Below the pieces are notes generated by a model. It was given only the letters and a program-made list of their open reading frames with translations, had not been told where the DNA came from and did not search any database. From assembly GCA_016204695.1 (NCBI GenBank), contig JACQKD010000008.1:33178-97177 (forward strand): DNA of 64,000 nt, read 5' to 3'. Positions 1 through 10,014 of the stretch are shown one piece after another. Positions within the stretch are counted from its first letter, which is position 1. Each line of letters opens with the position of its first letter. Made by a program: the position numbers and the translations under genes. The stretch is from Candidatus Kaiserbacteria bacterium. Its GTDB lineage: Bacteria; Patescibacteriota; Minisyncoccia; Phycocordibacterales; UBA918.

Positions 1-515
1 TTTCGTTAGTGGAACTCATGGTCGTCATCGCGATTATGGCGGTGCTTTCCGCAGTCGTCCTTGCTCGTTACAAATCCTTCAATAGCACGATTCTTTTGCG
101 TAACCTCGCATACGAAATTGCCCTCTCGACCCGGGAGGCGCAGATGCTCGGCATAAGCGTGCAGGCGGCTCCGGCCGCAAGCAACCCTTTCGCCCACGCC
201 TATGGCGTACACTTCACTCCCGGTACGAGCTATACGCTCTTTCGCGATCTCGATGACGACAATCAATATGACACCGGTGAAGATGTGTCGGTATACCGGA
301 TCGGTCAGGGCAACTCGATCACAAGCGTATGTGCGGGGACAAATTGCGCCTTTGTTTCACTTGACGTGCTTTTCCGGCGGCCGGAACCAGACGCGCTCTT
401 TTATGTAAACGGCAGTCCTTTGAGTACAAGCTCGGTTCTGATACAAGCCGGCTCGCAGGACGGGAATATGCGCGCCGTGCGCATCTACCCGACCGGACAG
501 ATTGCTGTTGAGTGA
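1..515 (+). CDS. type IV pilin/pseudopilin-like protein (prepilin-type N-terminal domain), 5'-partial at window edge
   Basis: In frame 3 from nt 3 the translation reads SLVELMVVIAIMAVLSAVVL..., the hydrophobic helix that follows a G|F(S/T)LIE prepilin cleavage site; the cleavage site itself lies upstream of the window. C-terminal region is GspH/FimT-like. Stop at 513-515. Confidence 0.65.
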   Translation, partial: SLVELMVVIAIMAVLSAVVLARYKSFNSTILLRNLAYEIALSTREAQMLGISVQAAPAASNPFAHAYGVHFTPGTSYTLFRDLDDDNQYDTGEDVSVYRIGQGNSITSVCAGTNCAFVSLDVLFRRPEPDALFYVNGSPLSTSSVLIQAGSQDGNMRAVRIYPTGQIAVE

Positions 516-526
516 TATCCGATACT

Positions 527-1114
527 ATGAAATCGCAAACACGCAGACATCGTTCTCACACACACCTCCGGAGGGGCTTTTCGTTGATCGAGCTTTTGGT
601 TTCGGTCGCGCTCTTTGCGGTCGTTATGACGGCGAGCGTCGGTACGCTTCTGGCGCTCGTTGATGCCAACCAGAAGGCCCAAAGCCTCAAAGCGGTCATC
701 AATAATCTGCAGTTCGCTCTCGACAGTATGGCGCGTACGATCCGGACCGGACGTCTGTATCATTGTACCAATGCCGTTCCGCCGACCTTGCCGACCGGCA
801 CCAACGATTGTGCGGCGGGCGCCAGCGCAATTGTCTTGACCGACGACCATGGTAATCGGCTCGCGTACCGCTACAACAGCTCGACTCATGCGCTTGAGCG
901 TCGGGATATCAACAGCGGTTCCAGTTGGATTGCGCTCACGGCGCCGCAGGTGGTGGTCGAAGACGCAGTCTTTTACGTGACGGGGACACCGACGACAGAT
1001 GGTATACAACCGACCGCGACGATGCAGATTAAAGGATCCGCCGGTCCGAATCCGGATACCGATTCGGCCTTCAGTATAGAGGTGACTGTAACCCAGCGGG
1101 TACTCGATCAATAA
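527..1114 (+). CDS. type IV pilin/pseudopilin-like protein (prepilin N-terminal cleavage/methylation motif)
   Basis: MKSQTRRHRSHTHLRRGFSLIELLVSVALFAVVM...: positively charged leader, then G|FSLIE, then hydrophobic helix. ATG at 527 is in frame with ORF 512..1114. Confidence 0.8.
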   Translation: MKSQTRRHRSHTHLRRGFSLIELLVSVALFAVVMTASVGTLLALVDANQKAQSLKAVINNLQFALDSMARTIRTGRLYHCTNAVPPTLPTGTNDCAAGASAIVLTDDHGNRLAYRYNSSTHALERRDINSGSSWIALTAPQVVVEDAVFYVTGTPTTDGIQPTATMQIKGSAGPNPDTDSAFSIEVTVTQRVLDQ

Positions 1115-1158
1115 TATGAGGCATATGCTTAAAACCTTTCTGAAAAGAAATCCTCGCT

Positions 1159-1290
1159 CCTTACAGGAGCAGTACATCTTGCGGCTCTTTTATTTTGCTT
1201 CGCTCATAAAACAGCTCGCAAGATCTTCTGTAGCTCCAAGTATTCGCTTCAGAACCTCGCATCTGGAGCTTTTCAGAAAGGTTTTAAGGC
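1159..1290 (+). repeat. intergenic modular repeat: family A unit (1159-1250) joined to the right-end module of family B (1255-1290)
   Basis: ccttacaggagcagtacatcttgcggctcttttattttgcttcgctcataaaacagctcgcaagatcttc...gctccaagtattcgcttc matches the other A copies. The following cgcatctggagcttttcagaaaggtttt matches the right end of family B. Confidence 0.75.
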
Positions 1291-1307
1291 TGAAAAGGGA
1301 TCGTGGA

Positions 1308-1835
1308 GTGGGGTTGCAGGGCGGCTTCTCGTTGATCGAGGCGTTAGTCGCCATAAGTATCTTGCTCGTCGCCATCGCCGGCCCCATGACGATTGCCGCT
1401 CGCGGTCTGCAAACGGCGTTCTACGCCCGTGAGCAGGTCACCGGATTCTCTCTCGCACAGGAAGGAGTGGAATTGGTACGGGCGTGGCGTGACGGCAATG
1501 CGCTTCTCGGCGCACCATGGCTCGCCGGGCTTCCCGGGGTTTGCACATCGAACAGTCATGGTTGCGGTATAGATGCGCGTGCCAGCGGAGTCGTCAATTG
1601 CAATGTGCCCAACAACTGCAGACTCAATTATGACGAGGGAGATCGTGGTTTCTATACCCACGCCGCCGGCGCCCCCACGCCGTTTATTCGTCGTATTTGG
1701 ATAGATCCGGTGTCGGGGCCGGGTGGCAACGAAGCTGAAGTGGTCGTGGAGGTTTCGTGGGAAAGCGGATTTTTTGCGAGTGAAAGAAACGTAACGGTGC
1801 GATCTCGTATTTTCAACCAGTATGACAACATTTAA
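1308..1835 (+). CDS. type IV pilin/pseudopilin-like protein
   Basis: Contains GGFSLIEALVAISILLVAIAGPMTIAARG. The annotated ORF start at 1116 runs through an intergenic repeat (family A/B), so I chose the GTG at 1308 preceded by aaaaggga as start. The exact start is uncertain. Confidence 0.65.
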   Translation: MGLQGGFSLIEALVAISILLVAIAGPMTIAARGLQTAFYAREQVTGFSLAQEGVELVRAWRDGNALLGAPWLAGLPGVCTSNSHGCGIDARASGVVNCNVPNNCRLNYDEGDRGFYTHAAGAPTPFIRRIWIDPVSGPGGNEAEVVVEVSWESGFFASERNVTVRSRIFNQYDNI

Positions 1836-1881
1836 TACGCGAAAAAAAGTTCGTGACAATGAGGCAAACGCAGGCTTTGTC

Positions 1882-1980
1882 CCTTACAGGGACTGTACGC
1901 CTTGCGGCTGTTTTGTTTCGCGTTGCTCACAAAACAGCTCGCAAGGACCGACAAAGCCATCCCATGGCTTTGTCCTTTTG
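1882..1980 (+). repeat. family A intergenic repeat, copy 2
   Basis: ccttacagggactgtacgccttgcggctgttttgtttcgcgttgctcacaaaacagctcgcaagg..., ending in the perfect hairpin gacaaagccatcccatggctttgtc plus a T-run. Confidence 0.75.
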
Positions 1981-2451
1981 GTGACCATTCTCATTGTAGG
2001 CATTGTGCTTGCAATCGGCATTTCGATTCTGACGATTACGCTCAAAGAATATATCCTCTCGGGTATCGCGCGCGAGTCGACGATAGCGCTCAATGCGGCC
2101 GATGCGGGCATGGAGTGCGCGTTCTACTGGGACCGCTCCAGTCAGGGGAACAAGTTCGACGTGGGCGCGGGTGCGAATAGCATCACGTGCATGGGTCAGA
2201 CAAAAAATACGGGTGGCGGGGCGAGCGGCACCGCGCAGGAGTTTCAATTCGAATGGGGAAGTCCGCTCGTGTGCGCCAAGATCAGCGTGACGAAATACTT
2301 CAGTACGGCAGGCCCGGTCGATATGGGGGGCAACCGCATCTGCCCCATGGGTGTCGAATGTACGCGGACCGTATCGCTTGGCTATAACAGAGGATGCAAC
2401 CAGCTCTCCGATCCGCGCGCCGTCGAACGAGGTCTGCGCGCTCTCTATTAG
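1981..2451 (+). CDS. membrane-anchored hypothetical protein in the pilin cluster (possible minor pilin without a canonical Glu+5)
   Basis: N-terminal TM helix VTILIVGIVLAIGISILTITL, then a Cys-containing soluble domain. The ORF start at 1822 lies inside repeat A2, so I propose the GTG at 1981 (TTG at 1978 also possible). Confidence 0.45.
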   Translation: MTILIVGIVLAIGISILTITLKEYILSGIARESTIALNAADAGMECAFYWDRSSQGNKFDVGAGANSITCMGQTKNTGGGASGTAQEFQFEWGSPLVCAKISVTKYFSTAGPVDMGGNRICPMGVECTRTVSLGYNRGCNQLSDPRAVERGLRALY

Positions 2452-2477
2452 TGTTATGGAGTCGTCGGTGACTCCAC

Positions 2478-4761
<2,284 letters not shown>

Positions 4762-4796
4762 GATGCGCGAACAGTTGTTTGTGCTATGATGCGCGC

Positions 4797-5090
4797 ATGG
4801 AAATTTCCGAGATACAGCACCTTGCGGCGCTTGCCCGCATCCGGCTCACCGACGAGGAGGCCGGTGCGTTTGCGGCCGAGTGCGACAGTATTCTTGCGTA
4901 TGTTGCGCAGGTGAAGGAGATATCGACCGGCGGCTCCGCCGCGCCTTCGGCGGGAGCGCATAAAAACGTCTTGCGTGAGGACGTAGAGACCACTGAACCC
5001 GAAGCGTATGCGGAGGCGCTTCTTGCCGCCGCTCCCGATCGGGATGGTCGGTATCTGCGAGTGAAGAAGATCCTCGGAGAAACGCCCTAA
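4797..5090 (+). CDS. gatC: Asp/Glu-tRNA amidotransferase subunit C
   Basis: MEISEIQHLAALARIRLTDEEAGAFAAECDSILAYVAQV is a typical GatC N-terminus. It sits directly upstream of gatA. ATG at 4797 is in frame with ORF 4758..5090. Confidence 0.8.
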   Translation: MEISEIQHLAALARIRLTDEEAGAFAAECDSILAYVAQVKEISTGGSAAPSAGAHKNVLREDVETTEPEAYAEALLAAAPDRDGRYLRVKKILGETP

Positions 5091-5097
5091 CTTTGTC

Positions 5098-6534
5098 ATG
5101 TCTCCCCAAACAAGCAACAAGCCGCAGACTATCGTCGACCGTATCCGCGCGTATCGGCAAGGAGACACCCTGCCGAGCGTGGTGCTCGCCGCATATCTTG
5201 AGACGACGCGTTCTCGCGAGCCGGAAGTGCATGCGTACATCGATATCTTTGAAGATGTCGCCTCGCAAGCAGAACGCGCCGATGATCTCGTTAAAGAAGG
5301 CCGCTTCGAGGGTATGCCGCTTCTCGGCATACCCCTTGCGACCAAGAGCAACATTCTCATCAAAGGCAAGCGCGCAACCGCATGCTCGAAAATGCTCGAA
5401 AACTACATCGCGCCATACGATGCGACTGTCATTGAGCGTCTGCGAAAGGCGGGAGCGATATTTGTCGGCTCCACCAACATGGACGAGTTCGCGATGGGTT
5501 CTTCGACCGAAAAATCCTACTTCGGCCCGACACATAACCCTCACGATCTTGCGCGCGTTCCCGGCGGCACCTCCGGTGGCTCGGCCGCGGCGGTCGCAAT
5601 GGAGAGCGTGCCGGGAGCGATCGGTACCGACACCGGCGGCTCGGTGCGACAACCGGCGAGCTTCTGCGGCATCGTGGGACTGAAGCCCACCTACGGTGCG
5701 GTCTCACGGTATGGCGTTATCGCAATGGGTTCCTCGCTCGATCAGGTCGGACCGCTCGCGCATACCGTCGCGGATGCGGAAATACTCTACGATGTCATAC
5801 GTGGCGTCGATCCGTACGATTCGACCACATATCCGGATGGCGTGTATCCTGTCGTTGATACCAAGGATACATACCACATCGGCGTACCGCGTGATTTTCT
5901 TCGGAAGGGAATCGACCCGGACGTACTCGCGCGATTCGAAGCGTCGCTTGAAGCGCTTGCAAAGGCGGGTCATACGATCGTCGACATCTCTCTCCCGTAT
6001 ATGGAAAAAGGACTTGCCGCCTACTACATCACGGTGTTTGCCGAGATCTCGTCGAATCTCGCGCGATACGACGGCATGCGGTACGGTCTCCATGTGCCGG
6101 GAAAAGATCTGCTTTGCGATTATCTCGAAACGCGCCGGGAAGGATTCGGAAAAGAAGTCCGACGCCGTATCCTGCTTGGCGCCTACGTGCTTTCCTCCGG
6201 ATACTACGATGCCTATTATCGAAAAGCGGAGATTGTCCGCACTCTCATGCGGGAAGAGCTTGCCGCCGCATATCGCGATGTCGATATCATTGTTACTCCG
6301 ACTGTTCCGACTCCCGCGTACAAGATCGGTGAAAAAGAAGATCCGCTCTCGATGTATCTCGGCGACATATATACGGTGCCGGTAAATCTCACCGGCGTGC
6401 CCGCGCTTTCAGTCCCCATGGGGACGGTGGATCGCGACGGCAAATCGCTTCCGGTTGGTATACAATTCATAGGACCGCATGCCGGGGAAGCGCGTCTCTT
6501 TGATATCGGCAAGCGCTTCCAGGGGGAGCAATAG
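5098..6534 (+). CDS. gatA: Glu-tRNA(Gln)/Asp-tRNA(Asn) amidotransferase subunit A (amidase family)
   Basis: 478 aa. Amidase signature GGSSGGSAAAVA and the conserved Ser-cisSer-Lys context. Forms a gatC-gatA operon; gatB is not adjacent. Confidence 0.9.
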   Translation: MSPQTSNKPQTIVDRIRAYRQGDTLPSVVLAAYLETTRSREPEVHAYIDIFEDVASQAERADDLVKEGRFEGMPLLGIPLATKSNILIKGKRATACSKMLENYIAPYDATVIERLRKAGAIFVGSTNMDEFAMGSSTEKSYFGPTHNPHDLARVPGGTSGGSAAAVAMESVPGAIGTDTGGSVRQPASFCGIVGLKPTYGAVSRYGVIAMGSSLDQVGPLAHTVADAEILYDVIRGVDPYDSTTYPDGVYPVVDTKDTYHIGVPRDFLRKGIDPDVLARFEASLEALAKAGHTIVDISLPYMEKGLAAYYITVFAEISSNLARYDGMRYGLHVPGKDLLCDYLETRREGFGKEVRRRILLGAYVLSSGYYDAYYRKAEIVRTLMREELAAAYRDVDIIVTPTVPTPAYKIGEKEDPLSMYLGDIYTVPVNLTGVPALSVPMGTVDRDGKSLPVGIQFIGPHAGEARLFDIGKRFQGEQ

Positions 6535-6558
6535 AAGGAGTATTTTTCAAACATATTC

Positions 6559-7158
6559 ATGGCTCCACAGCACGACACGTCTTCATTTCTCCAGCTCAAT
6601 CTATTGGACTGGGTGGCAAAATTTCTTGACGGACTTTTCGGCAATACCAACGATCCGCAGTCGTTCTACCAGACGGCTTCCGATTGGTGGTACATCTTTT
6701 CCATAGCATCCTTTGCGTTCTCCGCGCTCCTGCTTCTCGGTATTGTCTATTCGATGATTCGTTTTTCCCAGCTTGCCGAAGATGAACAGGGGCTGTTGCG
6801 TGACGCCGAACACGCATACAGGACCGCTCATGCCGCCGCGAGCGACAATACCCAATGGCCGCAGATTCTCGCCCATGTCTCGTCGGACGATCCCAACAAC
6901 TGGCGTCTGGCTATCATCGAGGCGGATATCATGCTCGACGAACTGCTTGACCGCTTGGGCTACCAAGGCGCGTCGATCGGCGACAGGTTGAAGACCGTTG
7001 ACCCCCACTCATTCCATTCGATAGAAGATGCGTGGGAGGCGCATAAAATCCGCAACGCGATCGCGCATCGCGGCTCCGACTTCGTGCTCACCAAACGCGC
7101 CGCGCAGGAAGCGATCGCCCGCTACCAGCACGTCTTCGAAGAATTCAAATTTATATAG
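6559..7158 (+). CDS. hypothetical membrane protein with a C-terminal HEPN-like R-x4-H motif
   Basis: N-terminal TM helix (FSIASFAFSALLLLGIVYSMI). C-terminal helical domain contains HKIRNAIAHRG, i.e. an R-N-x3-H arrangement like the HEPN RNase motif. No close family recognised. Confidence 0.4.
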   Translation: MAPQHDTSSFLQLNLLDWVAKFLDGLFGNTNDPQSFYQTASDWWYIFSIASFAFSALLLLGIVYSMIRFSQLAEDEQGLLRDAEHAYRTAHAAASDNTQWPQILAHVSSDDPNNWRLAIIEADIMLDELLDRLGYQGASIGDRLKTVDPHSFHSIEDAWEAHKIRNAIAHRGSDFVLTKRAAQEAIARYQHVFEEFKFI

Positions 7159-7284
7159 AAACCGTCTAAAAATCCCATCTGCGTTGTTGCGTTCGTCGCT
7201 CGGAATCTCATCGCATGTTTATATATGCCTCGATTCCTCACCCCTCCGCGCCTAGCATCTGGAGCTTTTCAGACTGGTTTCTGG
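7158..7284 (+). repeat. family B MITE-like intergenic repeat, copy 1
   Basis: gaaaccgtctaaaaatcccatctgcgttgttgcg...ccgcgcctagcatctggagcttttcagactggtttc. The two ends are inverted repeats of each other (about 25 nt). Confidence 0.75.
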
Positions 7285-7345
7285 TTTCTTACGACATATC
7301 TTCTTGCGAAGAGGTTATTTTTGTCATACTATTTGCCCCATACGT

Positions 7346-7416
7346 AGCGGGGTGGAGGAGAGGTACCTCGGGAGGCTCATAACCTCCAGGCCCGGGTTCG
7401 ATTCCCGGCCCCGCAA
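7346..7416 (+). tRNA. tRNA-Met (anticodon CAU), initiator-like
   Basis: Manual cloverleaf: acceptor agcgggg/ccccgca, U8, D stem gagg/cctc, anticodon stem ggagg/cctcc with loop cuCAUaa, T arm ccggg-ttcgatt-cccgg. The 1:72 position is a mismatch (A:A) and there is an A11:U24 pair; both are hallmarks of bacterial initiator tRNA. CCA is not encoded. Confidence 0.7.
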
Positions 7417-7431
7417 CAAGGGAAAAGAAGC

Positions 7432-7476
7432 AAAATCACAAAGCCCCGGACGTAGTCCGGGGCTTTGTGATTTTGC
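7432..7476 (+). terminator. rho-independent terminator after tRNA-Met
   Basis: About 20-bp perfect stem aaaatcacaaagccccggac / gtccggggctttgtgatttt with loop gta, followed by a T-run. Confidence 0.7.
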
Positions 7477-7482
7477 ATACTC

Positions 7483-8055
7483 GTGCATATGAACAGAAAG
7501 ATAGTCCTCGCCTCGACATCGGCCCGGCGGAAAGAACTGCTTGAGAGGGTGGGTCTTGTGTTTGAGGTGGTTGGGAGCGACTACGAAGAGGACATGACGC
7601 TTGTTTTGTCCCCTGCGGAGCTTGCGAAATACCTCTCTCAAGGCAAGGCCGAAGCGGTGGCGCAGAAGTACCCGGATGCCATCGTGATTGCGGCCGACAC
7701 GTTCATCTGCTACGAAGGAAAAATACTTGGCAAGCCGTATACTCCTGAAAAAGCGCGAGAGACGCTTCATACCTTAAGCGGCAAAGCACACTCGGTCATT
7801 ACCGGCTTTACCATCGTCGAAACCAAAACCGGTGAATCGATTTCAGAGGCAGTTGAGACAAAAGTGTATTTCAGAGATTTGAGTGACCAAGAGATCGACG
7901 ACTATATTGCGACTGGCGAGCCGCTCGAGAGAGCAGGGGCCTACGCGATCCAAGGTATCGGCAAGGACCTCGTCGATCATGTTGAGGGTGACTACGACAA
8001 CGTAGTCGGACTTCCTGTTGCCGCCGTGCTACACGCGTTAAAAGATTTTGAGTAG
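7483..8055 (+). CDS. maf: Maf-like nucleoside triphosphate pyrophosphatase / septum formation protein
   Basis: 190 aa. N-terminus KIVLASTSARRKELLERVGLVFEV... and ...AYAIQG... are typical Maf family sequence. Confidence 0.8.
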   Translation: MHMNRKIVLASTSARRKELLERVGLVFEVVGSDYEEDMTLVLSPAELAKYLSQGKAEAVAQKYPDAIVIAADTFICYEGKILGKPYTPEKARETLHTLSGKAHSVITGFTIVETKTGESISEAVETKVYFRDLSDQEIDDYIATGEPLERAGAYAIQGIGKDLVDHVEGDYDNVVGLPVAAVLHALKDFE

Positions 8056-8175
8056 CATTTGAAGCAAGGTCATCAGAATGGTATTCTGACCCTGCATTTG
8101 TCGGCTGTAAGGGAACCTTGCGCCGACTGCGTTCGCAGATATGATGAAAGCGAGCTTTCATCATCCCGCTCACTT

Positions 8176-8249
8176 GTCGGCGTAGCTCAGCTGGTTAGAG
8201 CATCTCACTCATAAAGAGAAGGTCGGAGGTTCAAATCCTCCCGTCGACA
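8176..8249 (+). tRNA. tRNA with CAU anticodon (elongator tRNA-Met or lysidine tRNA-Ile2)
   Basis: Acceptor gtcggcg/cgtcgac (one G-U pair), D arm gctc-agctggtta-gagc, anticodon loop cuCAUaa, T arm ggagg-ttcaaat-cctcc. No CCA encoded; a T-run follows. Confidence 0.7.
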
Positions 8250-8331
8250 CACTGTTTTTGAACAGTTAACCGGTATACTCTGATTGGAGCCGTGGTACTT
8301 TCGCATATCAAAAGAGAAAGGGGTGTGAGTC

Positions 8332-9099
8332 GTGAATGTATGGATTGCTTCGTTACGTTTGCCTATCTGCCTATTGGCCAGCTTGCTGGCGATAGCCAGC
8401 TTCAGGACAGTCGGTTTTCGCATACCATGGGACGTAGTCGTAGCGGTATGTTGCATCGCCATAGCGGCCATGTTACAGAACGACTGGCGTGACCGGTATC
8501 ACGACATTCGCAAGCACAAAGTGGTGGCATCAGAACATCCGAGAGCGTTCTGTGGGTTAGTGCTTGCGTTTTGGGCTGGCTGCATTGTCCTGATTACTCT
8601 CGTTACGACCGGCAATACCAAAGCCGGTTTTGTACTTGCGGTACTTGCGCTGGCCGGTGCGCTCTATTCTGAAACACGCAAGATTTTGTTCATCCCAATC
8701 ACCTTGGTGTCTGCCGTGTCGGCAACCCCTGCACTTCTGCCAATGGCGTACGGCGCGACTCGGGGGAAACCGTTGCTACTGTTCTTGTCAGCCGCTTTGA
8801 TTATCTTCGGCAGAGAACTGACCAAGGATCTTGAGGATATGTATATCGACAAGGGATACAAGTTGACTATCCCGCTTGTGGCGGGGGAGCGGGAGTCGCG
8901 TGTTCTAGCCGCCGTAGCAATCGTCACAGGACTGATTGCCGGAGCAACAGTATCCTTATCTGTCGTGTTACCGGCCACTATTGTGCTTGTTGCGCTCATT
9001 CGGCTCCTCTCTGGCGAGGATCCGCGTAGGAGCAGGAAGCTACTTGACGGTGGAGTAGCATTTATTATCCTGATACTCATTATCACGGGAGGTGGATAA
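8332..9099 (+). CDS. UbiA-family polyprenyltransferase
   Basis: 255 aa polytopic membrane protein carrying the NDWRDRYHD (NDxxDxxxD) Asp-rich motif of UbiA prenyltransferases. GC content is somewhat below the neighbouring regions. Confidence 0.7.
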   Translation: MNVWIASLRLPICLLASLLAIASFRTVGFRIPWDVVVAVCCIAIAAMLQNDWRDRYHDIRKHKVVASEHPRAFCGLVLAFWAGCIVLITLVTTGNTKAGFVLAVLALAGALYSETRKILFIPITLVSAVSATPALLPMAYGATRGKPLLLFLSAALIIFGRELTKDLEDMYIDKGYKLTIPLVAGERESRVLAAVAIVTGLIAGATVSLSVVLPATIVLVALIRLLSGEDPRRSRKLLDGGVAFIILILIITGGG

Positions 9100-9130
9100 G
9101 GCCTTGTTGCACAAGGCCTTCTTCTTTGTA
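9100..9130 (+). terminator. rho-independent terminator
   Basis: Stem ggccttgt / acaaggcc around loop tgc, followed by ttcttcttt. Confidence 0.55.
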
Positions 9131-9261
9131 ACATTTCTATGCGGTATACTATGGAGACCATGGAAGGAAGTTCGGTGATATTTGTGCTCATATTTACATT
9201 CCTGATCGGTGCGGGGTTCGGCTTTTATTTGTGCACGATCTTCTGATCACCCGGTACTGCT

Positions 9262-9666
9262 ATGAAACAGGGATTTCTTGCCGAATTTAAGACGTTCGTT
9301 CTTCGGGGCAATGTCGTGGATCTCGCTGTGGCGGTCGTGATGGGGACCGCCTTCAACAAGATCGTCTCTTCGCTTGTCGAGACGGTCATCATGCCGGCAG
9401 TGAGTATGCTGTTCGGTATCGTCGATCTCTCGAGCTGGGCATTCGAGGCCGACGGAATATCCATTCGCTACGGCATCTTTTTGCAAAGCATTGTCGACTT
9501 CATACTTATCGCACTTGCCATATTCGTTGCGATCAAAGTGATGAACCGTCTCAAACACAGGCAAGAAAACGAACCGGAAACATTGCCGCCGCCACCCGAA
9601 GATATCCAGCTTTTGCGCGAAATCCGTGATATTCTCAACAAAAGGCCCGATAGTGATTTTTCTTGA
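9262..9666 (+). CDS. mscL: large-conductance mechanosensitive channel
   Basis: 134 aa. N-terminus MKQGFLAEFKTFVLRGNVVDLAVAVVMGTAF is near-canonical for MscL; second TM helix present. Confidence 0.85.
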   Translation: MKQGFLAEFKTFVLRGNVVDLAVAVVMGTAFNKIVSSLVETVIMPAVSMLFGIVDLSSWAFEADGISIRYGIFLQSIVDFILIALAIFVAIKVMNRLKHRQENEPETLPPPPEDIQLLREIRDILNKRPDSDFS

Positions 9667-10014
9667 CACTATTTTGACAATCTGCCCGAATTTCTTATCC
9701 ACAGTGGCGGTCCAAGAGAGTTGTGACATTTCTTTTCAGAAATCCGCGAAACGAGAACGCGATTCGGCACCTGGGAACGTACGCGGAAAGTTGCCCTCGC
9801 GTGCAATCGGCATATCTGTGGTAAAATCGATCTAACACACGAGCTTGTGGTGTGCTTGCGGGTCCGGTTCTTCTGCTTCCTATAGATACGTGCACCAAGA
9901 GAGTTGCATGGCTCTCTCTTCGACTCTCACCGCCTTAGTGTGAGACGGTCGACACTGAAGGGAATCCGGAGGGAGGGGGAGAATCGGGCATTTATATATC
10001 GTAATTGCGTCGGT

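Noticed and set aside
1116-1307. N-terminal 64 codons of ORF 1116..1835 (MRHMLKTFLKRNPRSLQEQYILRLFYFASLIKQLARSS...)
   Set aside because: This stretch is the translation of an intergenic repeat (family A copy plus family B end) that recurs in non-coding contexts elsewhere. The pilin most plausibly starts at the GTG at 1308, just before GGFSLIE.
1822-1980. N-terminal 53 codons of ORF 1822..2451
   Set aside because: Same issue: this stretch overlaps family A copy 2 and its terminal hairpin. A downstream GTG at 1981 is proposed as the start instead.
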